Of a DNA stretch of 64,000 bases, positions 38,215 through 51,820 are shown one piece after another. Under the pieces are notes generated by a model that saw nothing but the letters and a program-made list of their open reading frames with translations, searched no databases and was not told the origin of the DNA. How positions within the stretch are numbered: the stretch's first letter is position 1; every line of letters begins with the position of its first letter. This DNA comes from Octopus sinensis (lineage: Eukaryota). The translations under genes and the position numbers were made by a program. The stretch lies in the NCBI RefSeq assembly GCF_006345805.1, contig NC_043004.1, positions 90,086,001 through 90,150,000 on the forward strand, read 5' to 3'.

Positions 38215-39562
38215 AAATTATGAACAAATCTGCCCAATGTCAGATGGCCCGAAGGCCTTTCTCTCCCAGGAATGATACGATATGAACAAGGACAGGTGAT
38301 GTCCCTTCTGAACCTCATCAACACTTTGTACATGGAGCAAACAGTACACCAACTAACCAGGGCAGGAAACATACTGGATCTCTGCTTCACAAATAATATA
38401 GATCTCATCCATAATGTGAAAGTGACACCGACGCTACCTCGGATCACAACATGGTAGAGCTGACCATGTACGGGCCAAAGGAAAGCATGGACTGCAGCCT
38501 ACAAGAAACTCTCAGAAGCTTTCCAGCTTGAACTTCCATAAGGCAAACTGGAAACAAATTGAGAAAGAGATCCTCAAACAAAACTGGCCTTATCTCTCTG
38601 ACCTCACACATCAGCAAGGTCAAGGAAAGTATAGTCAGAAGAAAACTAATCGCCTTCCTTGAAGAAAGTGACTTGCTGCCTGACACCCAACGTGGTTTCC
38701 AACCAGGAAGAAGCTGCCTAACTCAGCTCTTACAACACAATGACTGAGTGCTGAAACAACTGCTCAACCACTCAAATGTGGAAGTGATTTATCTTGACTT
38801 TGCAACAGCCCTTGATAAAGTCAATCATGGAATGATATGTCACAAACTGAATGATCTTGGCATAGTTGGAAAATTGGGAGAATGGCTTCATGACTTTCTG
38901 AAGGATAGAAGTCAGGTGGTAGTAGCCAAAGGGGCCACCTCCAATGACATGCAAATAGTGAGCAGTGTTCAGCAAGGCACTGTTTTGGGACCACTACTGT
39001 TCATAATGGCCTTCTCAGACATGCCCTCAGCCACACAGAGAGCCACGATCACAAGTTATGCAGATGATACAAAAGTTTCACAGGTAATACAGAACCCTGA
39101 AGACACTATGCACCTGCAACGTGAACTGGACGAAATATACAAGCGGGCTGAAAAGTTTCAAGCTTTCTATCAGCATGCAAAACTAAATGCAATACCCAAT
39201 AAATGCACTGGACTTGGAGGGATTGCAATCCCAGAGGCACAATCAGTGCGAGACCTGGGCATTTACATGAGTAATGATGCAACCTTTCATGTGCATGTTG
39301 CTAAATTGGCAATGAAATGTAGGCGGCTGACCAGATGGATTTTTAGAACCTTTCGAACAAGAGACCAGAAAACCGTGATGGTCCTCTGGAGGACACTTGT
39401 CCTAAGCCACTTTGACTATTGCTCTCAGCTATAGTCACCAACCAGTGTCAAATTAATCTCAGAACTTGAGGCAATCCAACAAAGCTACACGAAGAAGATA
39501 GACTCTATGTAGCATATAAGCTATTGGGAAAGACTCAAGAGATTAAGACTCTATTCCTTAGA
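38215..39562 (+). mobile_element. CR1/L2-type LINE relic (endonuclease end and RT)
   Basis: GNILDLCFTN; QRGFQPGRSCLTQLL; YLDFATALDKVNH; QGTVLGPLLF; SYADDTKV. Confidence 0.9.
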
Positions 39563-41863
39563 GCGTATGAAAGGTTGCTGAATAAAGAAAATGAATGGAA
39601 GAAAGAGAGTCTGCCGAATGTTGACCCATTGGCGGGACCAGCTATCCGAGTTGACAGTACCTTGGTAGATAACGCAATTAAGAGTATGAAGACAGGGAAA
39701 GCCCCCGGCCCATCAGGAATCACTGCAGAGATGCTCAAAATATCTGGCAGTGATGGCTAAAGCCTAGTCACCCGTATAGTTAACCAGGTGATACACGAAG
39801 TTATCACTGGTGTAGCAGCACTATAGTCAACTGCTACAAAGGTAAAGGTGACGCTTTAGATACAAATAATTACAGAGGTATCAAGGCCACGGAGAGGGTC
39901 ATAGCCCAACTAATTAAGGAGAGAGTCAGTTTAGATGAGATGCAGTTTGGGTTCATGCAAGGGAAAAGCACCACTGATGCTATATTTCTGGTAAGACAGC
40001 TGCAGTAGAAATACCTAGCCAAAGATAAACCTCTGTACATGGGTTTTGTTGACATGGAGAAAGCCTTTGACAAGATCCTTCGATCCCTTATCTGGTGGTC
40101 AATGAGAAAACTAGGGATAGACGAATGGTTAGTGATGGCTGTGCAAGTCATGTAGAGGGACGCTGTCAGTAAGGTGAGGGTTGGCAATGAGTACAGTGAA
40201 GAATTCCGGGTAGAGGTAGGGGCCCTCCAAGGTTCAGTCCTTAGCCTCCTCCTATTTGTCATAGTCCTCCAAGCAATAACAGAGGAATTCCAGACAGGAT
40301 GCCCCTGGGAGCTCCTCTATGCTGATGACCTTGCTCTAATTGCTGAGTCACTATCAGAACTAGAGAAGTTTCAGGTGTGGAAACAAAGATTAGAATCGAA
40401 GGGCCTTAGATTCAACCTAGCTAAAACCAAAGTCCTAATAAGTAGGAAGGCAGGCAAACCACAAATCCCTTCAGGTAGATGGCTCTGATCGATCTGTAGA
40501 AAAGGCGTAGGTAGGAAATATATAAGATGTACTCAGTGTAAGCTATGGACACATAAGAGGTGCAGCAATATCAAAGGAAGGCTAACTGGGAAGATATTTT
40601 TTGTATGTGGCAGATGCTCAGGAGCAATAAACACTGAAAATGTGCAGAGAACAACTTCTGCTACATTCCAGGTAGAAAAACTAGATGTAGTTGTTGTTAG
40701 CTTCCGTTACCTAGGTGACCAAGTCAGTAATGAGGGAGGGTGCACTGAAAGTGTAGCTGCTAGGATAAGAATAGCCTGGGCTAAGTTCAGAGAGCTCTTA
40801 CCTCTGCTGGTGACAAAGGGCCTCTTGCTCAGAGTAAAAGGTAGACTGTATGACGCATGTGTATGAACAGCCATGTAACATGGCAGTGAAACATGGGCCA
40901 TGACTGCTGAGGACATGCGTAAGCTCACAAGGAATGAAGCCAGTATGATCCAATGAATGTGTAATGTCAGTGTGCATACTCGACAGAGTGTAAGTACCTT
41001 GAAAGAAAAGTTGGACCTAAGAAACATCAGATGTGGTGTGCAAGAGAGACAACTGCACTAATATGGTCATGTGGCAAGACCATTCTATGAGGATAGCTGT
41101 GTGAAAAAGTGCCACACTCAAGAGGTTGAAGGAACCTGTGGAAGAGGTAGACCCAGAAAGACCTGGGATGAAGTGGTGAAGCACGACCTTCGAACATTAG
41201 GCCTCACCGAGGCAATGACTAGTGACCAAATCTTTTGGAAATATGCTGTGCTTGAGAAGACCCGATAAGCCAAATGAGACCATAACCTCATGGCCTGTGC
41301 CAGGGGTGTAACCAGCCCACTTATGCATACCTTTTCCTTCATTGGATATTAAACTCTGCTTGCGAAGATCTGTTGAGGCAAGTGAAATCGAAATCAAATT
41401 CGATGACTGGTATCCATGCTAGTGGAGCACTAAGAGTACTATCTGAGCATGATCATTGCCAGAGCGGCTAACTGGCTTCTGTGCCGGTGACACGTAAAAA
41501 GCTCCATTTGAGCGTGATCGTTGCCAGCATTGCCTTACTGGCACATGTGCCTGTGGCACATGAAAAAACATTTGAGCGAGGTCGTTGCCAGTGCTGCTGG
41601 ACTGGCTCCTGTGCAGGTGGCATGTAAAAAGCACCATGAATGTGGACGTTGCCAGTACTGCCTGACTGGCCCTTGTGCCAGTGGCATGGAAAAGCACTCA
41701 CTACACTTTCGAAGTTGTTGGCGTAAGGAAAGGCATCCAGCTGTAGAAACTCTGCCAGATAAAGATTGGAGCCTAGTGCAGCCATCTGGTTCGCCAGTCC
41801 CCAGTCAAATCATCCAACCAATGCTAGCATGGAAAGTGGACGTTAAACGATGATGATGATGAT
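39563..41863 (+). mobile_element. RTE-type LINE relic with RT
   Basis: GKAPGPSGITAEML, LLYADDL, GRPRKTWDEV; (GAT)n tail. Confidence 0.92.
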
Positions 41864-42172
41864 ATATATATATATATGCATGTATATGCATATTAATGTA
41901 TATTCTTTCATTCTTTTATTTGTTTCAGTCATTTGACTATGGCTATGCTGGAGCACCAGCTTTAGTCAAACAAATCAACCCCAGCACTTATTCTTCATAA
42001 TCCTAGTACTTATACTATCAGTCTCTTATGCCGAACCACTAAGTTGTGGGGGCATAACCACACCAACATTGGTTGTCAAGCAAGGGTGAGGAGACACAAA
42101 ACAGGCACAAACATAAATATATATATATATATATATATATATGACGGGCTTCTTTCAGTTTCCGTCTACCAA

Positions 42173-43330
42173 ACATAGGTGGCCCTGCTTGATCTGTAGA
42201 AAAGGTGTAGGTAGAAACTCCATAAGATGTACCCAGTGTAAGCTATGGACACATAAGAGGTGCGGCAACATCAAAGGAAAATTAACCAAGAAGATAGCTT
42301 TCGTGAGTGGCAGATGCACAGGGGCAATAGACAACATTGATACTCAGAAAACAGATTCTATTACACTCCTGGGGGAGAAACTAGAAGTAGTTGATAGTTT
42401 CCGCTACCTAGGTGACCAAGTTAGTAGTGGGAGTGGATGCTCAGAGTGTTACCACTAGAATAAGAATAGCCTGGGTAAAGTTTAGAAAGCTCCTACCCCT
42501 ACTGGTGACAAAGGATCTTTCAATCAGAGTGAAAGGCAGATTGTACGACGCATGTGTGTGAACTGCCATGCTTCACGGTAGAGAAACATGGACTGTGACT
42601 GCAGAGGACATGCGTAGGCTTGAAAGAAATGAAGCTAGCATGATCCGCTGGATGTATAATGTCAGTGTGCATACACGACAAAGTGTAAGTTCCCTGAGAA
42701 AAATGCTGGACATAAGAAGCATTGGATGTGGCGTGCAAGAGAGACGTCTGCGCTGGTATGGTCATGTACTACGGATGGATGAGGAAAGATGTGTGAAGAA
42801 GTGTCACTCCGAAACAGTTGAAGGAATCCAGGGTAGAGGTAGACCCAGGAAGACATGGGATGAGGTGGTCAAGCATGACCTTCAAATGCTGTGTCTCACA
42901 AAGGCAATGAAGAAAGACAGAGACCTCTGGAGATATGCTGTGACTGTGAAGACCCAACAAATAACGTGAGTTCATGGCTGTTTCCTGCACCAGCTTCACA
43001 TAGAAGCCTCAGCCCTTCCAAAGTGCCTTGGATCGCAGGACGGCCTGCTGTACTTACATTGGATTGTATGGCGACCTGCTGTGCTTGTTGATACCTATTG
43101 AGTCAAGTACATCACCATCAACATCAAAAAATCAAATGGAAACTGCAGCTGTGATACTTGTGCCGGAGGCACGTAAAATGCACCATCCATACGTGGCCAA
43201 TGCCAGCATCACCTTGACTGGCTTCTGTGCCGGTTGCATGTAAAAAGCACACTAGTTGTGACCGTTGCCAGCCTACCCTGGCACCTGTGCCGGTGGCATG
43301 TAAAAAGCACCATCCGTACGTGGTCGATGC
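42173..43330 (+). mobile_element. RTE-type LINE 3' part (different subfamily), inserted in a SINE A remnant
   Basis: WPCLICRKGVGRNSIRCTQCK...GRGRPRKTWDEVVK. Confidence 0.85.
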
Positions 43331-43515
43331 CAGCACTGCCTTGACTGGCCCCAACAACTTAGTAGTTTGGCATAAGAGACTGATAGTATAAGTACTAGGA
43401 TTATGAAGAATAAGTGCTGAGGTTGATTTGTTTGACTAAAGGTGGTGCTCCAGCATGGCCATAGTCAAATGACTGAAACAAATAAAAGAATGAAAGAATA
43501 TACATTAATATGCAT

Positions 43516-43546
<31 letters not shown>

Positions 43547-43648
43547 CATACACACACACACACACACATATTACCAGGGCTAGCACTTATCTAGTGTACC
43601 TAGTCATTTAGATCACCTGTGGACTAAATCCCCATATTTTGTACATAT

Positions 43649-43683
<35 letters not shown>

Positions 43684-43684
43684 G

Positions 43685-44427
43685 ACGATTGCGCTGGTAT
43701 GGTCATGTGGCGAGAATGAATGAAGATAGGTGTGTGAGAAAGTGCCAATCCCTAGCAGTTGAGGGAACCCCTGGAAGAGGTAAACCCAGGAAAACATGGG
43801 ACGAGGTGGTGAAGCACGACCTTCGAACTTTAGGCCTCACTGAGGAAATGACCAGCGACCGAGACCTTTGGAAATATGCTGTATGTGAGAAGACCAGGCA
43901 GGACAAGTGAGCCCAGCCCACTTATGCATGCCTTTCCTCCTTGGACACAAAGACCTGTTGAGGCAAGCGAAGTCGATATCGAACCTCATCCGACGACAGG
44001 CACCCATGCCAACCCCCTTGCTTGCGAAGACATGTTGGGGCAAGTGAAATCGAAATCGAACCAATCCTATGACTGGCACCCGGCAGATGCCAGGACCCCT
44101 GGACTGGTGGTACGTAAAAAGCACTATCCGAATCGTGGCCGATGCCAGCGCTGCCTCGACTGGCTTCCGTGCCGGTGGCACGTAAATTGCACCAATCCGA
44201 CCGTGGCCGTTGCCAGCCTCGCCTGGCACTTGTGCCTGTGGCATGTAAAAAGCACCCACTACACTCACGGAGTGGTTGGCGTTAGGAAGGGCATCCAGCT
44301 GTAGAAACATTGCCAGATAAGACTGGAGCCTGGTGCAGCCTTCTGGCTTCCCAGATCCCCGGTCGAACCGTCCAACCCATGCTAGCATGGAGAACAGACG
44401 TTAAACGATGATGATGATGATGATGAT
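43685..44427 (+). mobile_element. RTE-type LINE 3' fragment
   Basis: LRWYGHVARM...RKTWDEVVK; (GAT)n tail. Confidence 0.85.
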
Positions 44428-45802
44428 GTGTTTGTATTTGTTTGTGTGATTCTTTCCACACACCACCACTTGTAAAACTGATGTCTGTTTGTTTATGTCC
44501 CTGCAACTTAGTTCAGTATCCGAGATTTATAAGAAAAGCACTAAGGTCAATTCGTTCAACTGAAATAGTTCAAGATAGTGACCTCGCATGGCTGCAATCC
44601 AATGACTGAAACAGGTTGAAAAGGCGTGTGTGTATGTGTGTGTGTGATTGCAAGTGTGCATATGCATGCATGTGCTTGTGTGTGCACACACACACACATG
44701 CAAAATGCATACAAAGAATCTAGAATTCAGTACATAATATATGATTTTTGAAGCCATACTCAAAGATGAGGTAGCTGTTAATTTTTAAAATGATATTGTA
44801 GGGTTGGTATGAGAGACCAGATCTGGCCAGTTTGAACATAGAACAGGCCGAATACTTTTGGCCGGATATGGCCGGTTTAAATACTAAAGGGTTAAAATAA
44901 CTGAAAGAAACACAGAGCATCTCAAAATAAATTCAGTAACGAAAGGGTTAAAGAGAGAAAAGAAAATGGGATGGCACTATTGAAGAATCAAGGGAAGAGT
45001 GGATATAAGGCATAAATCAGACAGGTACCATCAAAGATTATGGGTTTAAAGGTAAGAAAAGTATAGGTAGAGCATCGTCAAAGAATCATCAATCACTTAA
45101 AGTAGTAACCATTAGCAGGTACAATTAAACACTGGCAAAGAAGTGGAAAACAGGCTAAAAGAAATTCAAAACTACAGTTATTTTCCCAGCAGATAAGACT
45201 TGAAACCTTGAAAGAAGGTAAGTTACAGGGAGAACAATGTGTACAGCTCTGTATCTAGCCCAGACCATCAGAGAGTTAATACTAAAACCTCATGTAACTT
45301 CAAAGAATAGAGTTTTGAAGGCCCCTTTACCCCTTTAACATTCAGATTACTTTGTCAAATGTAATGTTTACTTATCCACATTGTTTTCAATTAATCGTGC
45401 ATCACCTTGTAGCTATGAGATGTCAATGATGCGACTGTCTATTTTCAGGGTGGGAGAGAGACTGAACAGAAAACAGGTAGAATATTTGGGCCTGATTCGG
45501 CCGCTTGAACTGCTAAATGTTACATAAATAGAATGAGTATAATTATTATTGTAGGAAAATCTATGTAGTCAATACAACAGTTAATATTATCGACATTATT
45601 GTTACTATTATTATTATACATTTAACTATATTGTGATTAACATCATTATAATAGTTATTCCTAATTTCACTATCATGACAACATCTAATGTACACACACA
45701 GACACATATATAATTACACACACATATACATATATATATATGCATATTTATGCATACACACACATATATTCATGCATATATACGCATACTTACATATACA
45801 CA

Positions 45803-46843
45803 CAGGGTGTTCAGGTTAAATTTGACAATTTTTTTATGGTTCCATTTTTTTTTCAGGAACAACTAGATGTATTGCTGAATAGCCAACAGGATTGGAGAGC
45901 ATAATAACTAAGGTTGTGACTGAGAAAAAGTTTGCTCACATGGAGGACTAAAAGCCATGTGTCTACAGTGAGGGTGATGTCATTCCACCCAGCACTTTTG
46001 AAAGGGCCTTAGGCTCAATTCAGACAACTATGTGAAACTGTTGTTGCCTATGGTCAAACCCAAGCTGGAGAGGGTTGCTCCAGAAGGCCATGTGTGGAAG
46101 CCAGGGCCGTTGCTAAGCCCCTGCAACCTCTGCGGTCACAGAGCGCCTCCATGGTTGAGGGGTCCCATGTCAAGATCAAAGAACATAGATGAGTCATCTA
46201 TATACTTTGGTTAAGATGTTGAATGGGAATTAAACTATTTGTAATGGACCTTAATAAATTTTTAACTTGTACTTTTTAAGATGTTCTTTCGGATAACATG
46301 AAAAATTGAACTTCAGATAGAATAAAGTAAAATATAGCTACGAATAAAAGGTGCGTAGATTATGAATTTTGATTGATGGGACGAGGTTAATCACGCAACA
46401 GAGCTGGTGGCAGTAGGATTCAGATCTTTGCCATACTTCCAGGAAGAGTCAGAAGTGGTTGTCAGGGAATTTCTATGACTTCACTGACCCCAATTTCTGG
46501 CCCTTTAATTCCCCTGATTGTATTCCCATGGATTACTATATGTGAGGTGCAGTTGAGAAAGACACCAATTGTTCTGCTTACAACACCTAGGCCAAGCTGG
46601 TGGGGAGGGGCAACATCAAGGAGATGCTCAAAGGGACACAGTGAGAAATGCATGCACCAGATTCCATAGCTACCTTGAGGCTATGGTGGAAGCTGGGGCA
46701 GTTACTTTGAGTAAACTGTTATCTTCCAACCGTAATCCAAATGATATTTCTTTTGATTTTTTAAAAATGCTTTTATTTTTTGATGAGATATTGTGTTTTC
46801 TTTACTTTTCATACAAACTGTCAAATTTAGCCCAAATACCCTG
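45803..46843 (+). mobile_element. Internally deleted mariner-like DNA transposon
   Basis: ~26-bp TIRs cagggtgttcaggttaaatttgaca / tgtcaaatttagcccaaataccctg; FWPFNSPDCIPMDYY motif. Confidence 0.8.
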
Positions 46844-47296
46844 TATGTGTATATAAACACACACACACACACATCATTTTAATATCCTCTTTTCCGTGCT
46901 CACATGAGTTGGAAAGAACTTATTGGGGCAGATTTTTTTTTGTAGCTGAATGTCTTTTACATTGCCAACCCATGCTTTTCCAAGTAAGATAACATTTCCT
47001 CATGATCAGACATCTTCTGAGTGGAAGATGGGAAATGAATGACACATCTTGTATTATGGTGACACTTGTTTACAATTGCCACATGATATCAAGGCAGAGA
47101 CACAATCACACACACCCATACACGACAGGTTTCTTCATTCTACTAAACCCACTCACAAGGCTTTGGCTGGCCCAAGGTTATAGTGGAAGTCACCTGTCCA
47201 AGGTGCTACAGATTGGACTGAACTAGAAAGCATGTGGTTGGGAAGCACACCACACAGCCATGCCAGCACATACATGTGGCAAAATACACACACATG

Positions 47297-47331
<35 letters not shown>

Positions 47332-47332
<1 letters not shown>

Positions 47333-47487
47333 TATGCTTTATTTAAAGCAGCAGAAAATTCAACAAAACCTGTTACACTGAGTTTCACGTTGCCGTTCAT
47401 CGAACAGTTTTTGGTCCGATGAACGGCAACGTGAAACTCAGAGTAACAGGTTTTGTTGAATTTTCTGCTGCTTTAATTAAAGCATAT
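47332..47487. repeat. Palindrome with 71-bp arms and a 14-nt spacer
   Basis: 47332-47402 versus 47417-47487; same family as 37297-37440. Confidence 0.92.
47365..47454. ncRNA. Head-to-head pair of hammerhead folds of the 37376 family
   Basis: Plus copy: CCGAUGA-ACG-GCAA-CGU-GAAA-CUC-A-GAG-UA-ACAG (47416-), 5' helix I strand lost. Minus copy 47412-47365: AAAAACUGU-UCGAUGA-ACGGCAACGU-GAAA-CUCAGUG-UA-ACAGGUUUU. Confidence 0.55.
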
Positions 47488-48162
47488 TACTCTACCACTG
47501 GTATTTGAGTACTCTTTTTTCCACCTTGTTTCACATTTATGTGTTTACTCCGGTACATATATATATATATGTACATGTCTGTGTGTATGTATGTGTGTGT
47601 GGGTATGTGTATTTTGCATATAAAAGTGGATTTGGATTTTGTAATCACTATATGATTATTGAAATCGGAGTAGAAATTATGTCTTCCAAATATCACTGAT
47701 ATTGTGTATCATTATTCTTTCAAATGTGTTTTGCTCTGTTCTTTCCTTGTAGCCTATTGTGCAGTATATGCAATATTGTATATGTGGATTTTCAGTGTCT
47801 ACTGTGAAGGACTATATTGAGTTTTAATTTTTCTGGTTATTTATCATGTCTGCAGAGCACATTGTAACAATGTGTGTGTGTGTGTGTGTGTGTGTAGATA
47901 GATATTGCATGATGTAAAGTGTTATTAATGCCCAGTTTCAATTTCTCAACAACCTTATATGCAAATAATGAAGCATGAGGTTGTTTTATCACTTTTACTC
48001 AGATGAAAAAGCAAAGGTGTGCACCTTGGAGGAAGGGATGGAGAGAGGGAGAATTGGAGATAGGTGGGTAGTGAACGAATAGGTAGAGAGGGAGGGAGGG
48101 AGTAAGGTAGGTGGGTAAGGTAGATAGGTAGGGTAGGTAGGTAAGGTAGGTAGGTTGCTTAC

Positions 48163-48431
48163 CGTTTCAGGCTGGTACTCATGGCCTTCATGTTTTTAGA
48201 GGCAGGCCCTCGAGGTATGGCTGGAGAGTCGTTACTTGTACTGGCAGTACCGTCATCTAAGGTAGCACCATCACTAGTAGCGACAGCACCACCACGTACA
48301 GACGACGTTGTTGTTGGTGGTGGTGTTGTTGTCGTTGTTAGTCTTCTTCCACGACCGCCGCCGCCGCCGCCATGACCGCTGCGGCTCGGACCGCTGGTAC
48401 TGGCCCCTCCTCGATCACTAGACATCTTCAT
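48163..48431 (-). CDS. UBE2E: UBE2E coding exon 1 (Gly/Ser/Thr-rich N-terminal extension ending ...KAMSTSLKR)
   Basis: Minus ORF M(KM)SSDRGGASTSGPSR...MSTSLKR resembles the class III E2 extension ending STSAKR. Donor CG|GTAAGC at 48163/48162. Candidate ATGs at 48431 and 48425. Upstream acceptor (tgttatctctctaccag|) puts the exon start at 48507. Confidence 0.9.
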
Positions 48432-49334
48432 CAACTTATTGTTGTTGGTAGACCGTGCACACCACAACAACACAACGGGGAGGGGGGAAAACAAAGGCAC
48501 CTCCAACCTGGTAGAGAGATAACAACAAACAGTCAATTCACAAATCAAGATATCCTTTCAGAGAGACGGAAACTGCCGTCCATACATGCTGACTATTTAT
48601 TTTTATGCTAAACTATTTAGTATATATTAAAAAATTACAAAAGAATATTGATAGATTTAAAATATTAATTGCTTACTAAACAGATATAAAAGTAGATATT
48701 ATTCAAGTTGTCTGATAACTGTTTTATACAGAGAAGATACCTGGAATACTTAGAAGGCAGTTGTGACATCTTTTTTTTGAAGAGTATCAACGACGCAAAT
48801 GTCTCCAACCGGAAATACATTTCACTTCATTTTATTTCTGTCGCTAAAGGCTTTGGGAAAGGCATGAAAGCTACAACATCCCATTTATCCCCCACATGCA
48901 ACAAGGTTTAGAAATTTGTTTCTGGAGTAAACCTGAATTAAATTCTCGTTACGATTTTCGAATTTAAGGCTCCATCATATAAAAACACTAGAATTTAGAG
49001 TACACATGTAGCGATTTTCAAGACCAAAATTAAAAGATCAGTTCAGCACGATGATAAAAAGACTTGGATGGAGACGAGATGTATTTTTTTTTTTTTTTTC
49101 TTTTTATTCATCATATCAACAACAAAGAGAGCAAAAAAGCACACTTAGTGAATCACTTTATTTGACAAAAAAGAACGCAAAGTTAGAGTGGAGTGTAATA
49201 GAAATGATAACGACTGTACCTGCAAACTCTGGATAAACAAGATCCTGAAAGAGATATTTTGGTAAATTCCACACCAAAAGAGAAAAACCGATTCAAAAGC
49301 GTGCAGCTTTGCCAATTGAGAACACGGCTCTTAC

Positions 49335-49600
49335 GTCGTCACTCTGTCCAGTTTGTTTATTTGTCGACCAATTAACCAAAAACTAACTCTATAACTGATT
49401 ATCGAATAGAAACCAATAGTTATGAATTCTATAATCAATATTATCAACTGTTTCATTCATTTTCAAATGCTGGATCGATGTCTGGCATCCTTATCCACAA
49501 ATCAAAGACAAACTTGCAGCGGGAGGCAAAATCAACAGCAACGATGCTCTCTAGTAGCGTAGACTTCTTGTAACGGAGTATATAAGCTTCATTGTTGGCT
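49335..49600 (-). other. Candidate non-coding 5' exon of UBE2E (proximal)
   Basis: Donor GAC|GTAAGA at 49335/49334 in repeat-free, CpG-containing sequence. The ATG exon starts at an acceptor, so an upstream exon is expected. Upper boundary is a guess. Confidence 0.3.
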
Positions 49601-49952
49601 TTTATCAAAATACATCCGTACTTTTTTTCTCACTAATAAATTTTCTATTCTTAATAATTAGAAATATTTTATATGAATTAAAATATTTCAATTTGTGCTA
49701 TTTATTTTGTTAAATTATTTTCCTTGTTTCTCCAGCCTTGTTCGCCTTCACTGCAGCATCAGTGTTTGGAAGTGTGACAGATCGAAAAGTGACCGTTTGA
49801 CGAAACATCCTCCGGTTTCATAAAGATAAACGTTGAGTTAACGGGAGATCGCTTTGTTTGATTTGGCTTGCACTCACATATCGTTTATCTTAAGTAGCTG
49901 AGAATATATTCTTACAGAATTAGTTTAATGTTTTGTTAAATATAAAAGTTTG

Positions 49953-50730
49953 GGATCTTTTCGGTTTGAACGGCAGTTTTTTTCTAGCGGTGTCATATGA
50001 AATTACTCTCTTTTACTTGTTTCAGTCATTTGACTGCGGCCATGCTGGAGCACCGCCTTTAGTCGAGCAAATCGACCCCAGGTCTTATTCTTTGTAAGCC
50101 TAGTACTTATTCTATCGGTGTCTTTTGCCGAACCGCTAAGTTACGGGGACGTAAACACACCAGCATCGGTTGTCAAGTGATGTTGAGGGACAAACACACA
50201 CACACATATATATATATACATATATACGACGGGCTTCTTTCAGTTTCCGTCTACCAAATCCACTCAAGGCTTTGGTCGGCCCGGGGCTATAGTAGAAGAC
50301 ACTTGCCCAAGGTACCACGCAGTGGAACTGAACCCGGAACCATGTGGTTGGTAAGCAAGCTACTTACCACACAGCCCCATAATTATGACCCTAGTATCGA
50401 TCTATTGCATTTCAATCTGTTTTAGGGTTAGGGGTGGGGGGAAGGGTGTCTTTTTATCTTCACAAATGTAAATAAACCCAATCTGTTTCTTAAACGAGGG
50501 ACATATTCATACGGCACAGAATGTTGTTTTACCTCAATACACGTCATTGATTGGTTGAAATTGCAGAAATTGAAGAAAAAATAACAAATATCTTACAAAC
50601 AATAGAATTTTCTCAATAAAGCCAAAAGAAAAAGATGTTTTATAAACACATTCTACCAGTATACGAAGTTTAAAATTTTTTAGTTACCTAGAAATTATGT
50701 TAAAAAATGCCGTTCAAACCGAAAAGATCC
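49953..50730. mobile_element. Non-autonomous TIR element (GGATCTTT termini) with a nested SINE A (50004-50376)
   Basis: Perfect 23-bp TIR ggatcttttcggtttgaacggca / tgccgttcaaaccgaaaagatcc. A related partial copy starts at 50765. Confidence 0.8.
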
Positions 50731-51820
50731 TTAATACCAATTAAATAACGCCAAAAATATTTTAGGATCTTTTCACTTTGACCGGCAGATTTTTAAAATA
50801 ATGTCTTTGTAACCAAACACTTTTAAACTTCGTATACTGGTAGTGTGTTACATAAAACATCTTTTTCTCTTGGCTTTCTTGAGAAAATTCTGTAGTTTGT
50901 AAGCTATTTGTTGTTTAATTTCTTGCATTTCGGCAATTTCAACTAATCAATGACGTCTATTGAGGTGAATACAATATCTGCCGAACGGTTTTGTTATCCA
51001 GCGCTGTTTACGAGTGAACCCTCAGTTTATGGCCACAGGGTATCTTTTTTCTTATAAATAACAGTGACACATTGATATGACATCGCTAGAAAATGTTGTT
51101 GACAAAATACAAAGGAAACTTGAAATTTCGAAAAAGTAGTGAAGTATATGATTATGTTCGTTTTTGTTTGTTTGTTTTTTTTCGTATTAAATTCCGATAT
51201 AACCGTAATCTACACCCTTTGAAAAGTATTTGTAGAAAATTTCATTAAAAAGGTACCCATTTTTCTGAAAGTTATAAGGAAACAAAGCGACTCGAATTCT
51301 ACACAATCTGAAGCGTATTTGTACAAAATTTCAGTAGAATATATTAATTTTTCTGGATTTTATGAGGAAACAAAGTCGATGGGGGCGCACTTGTGTAGAT
51401 ATGCTCTTTATTAAAGTATTCATTTATAACAATTTTTATACTGCTACTTTTCATTCTCACTGCGAACTTAATGTATGGATTGTTTACTTTTGAACCACTC
51501 GTGCGGGAATTTCAAAGATATTGCTTTGTTCCGGTTTACTGTAGACGCCACTTATCTCTATAATATACCGAAGAGATAAGTAAAGCACTTGCGTCCCCAC
51601 TGTATTCAGAGAGAGAGAGAGAATTTCTTTATTCACCATAAGGTTGAGAAAAAGAGGGGACGATACGGGGACAGACAAAACAAACGTTGGGGTCAGGGTA
51701 TCGAATGAGACGAAACGTATGAATAAACAAACAATTAAAATATATACAATAAAATGAGAATGAGTGATTAAAAAAAAATGAAGTGGAGGACGCGGTCGAC
51801 CCCAAAAACCACATACTCAC

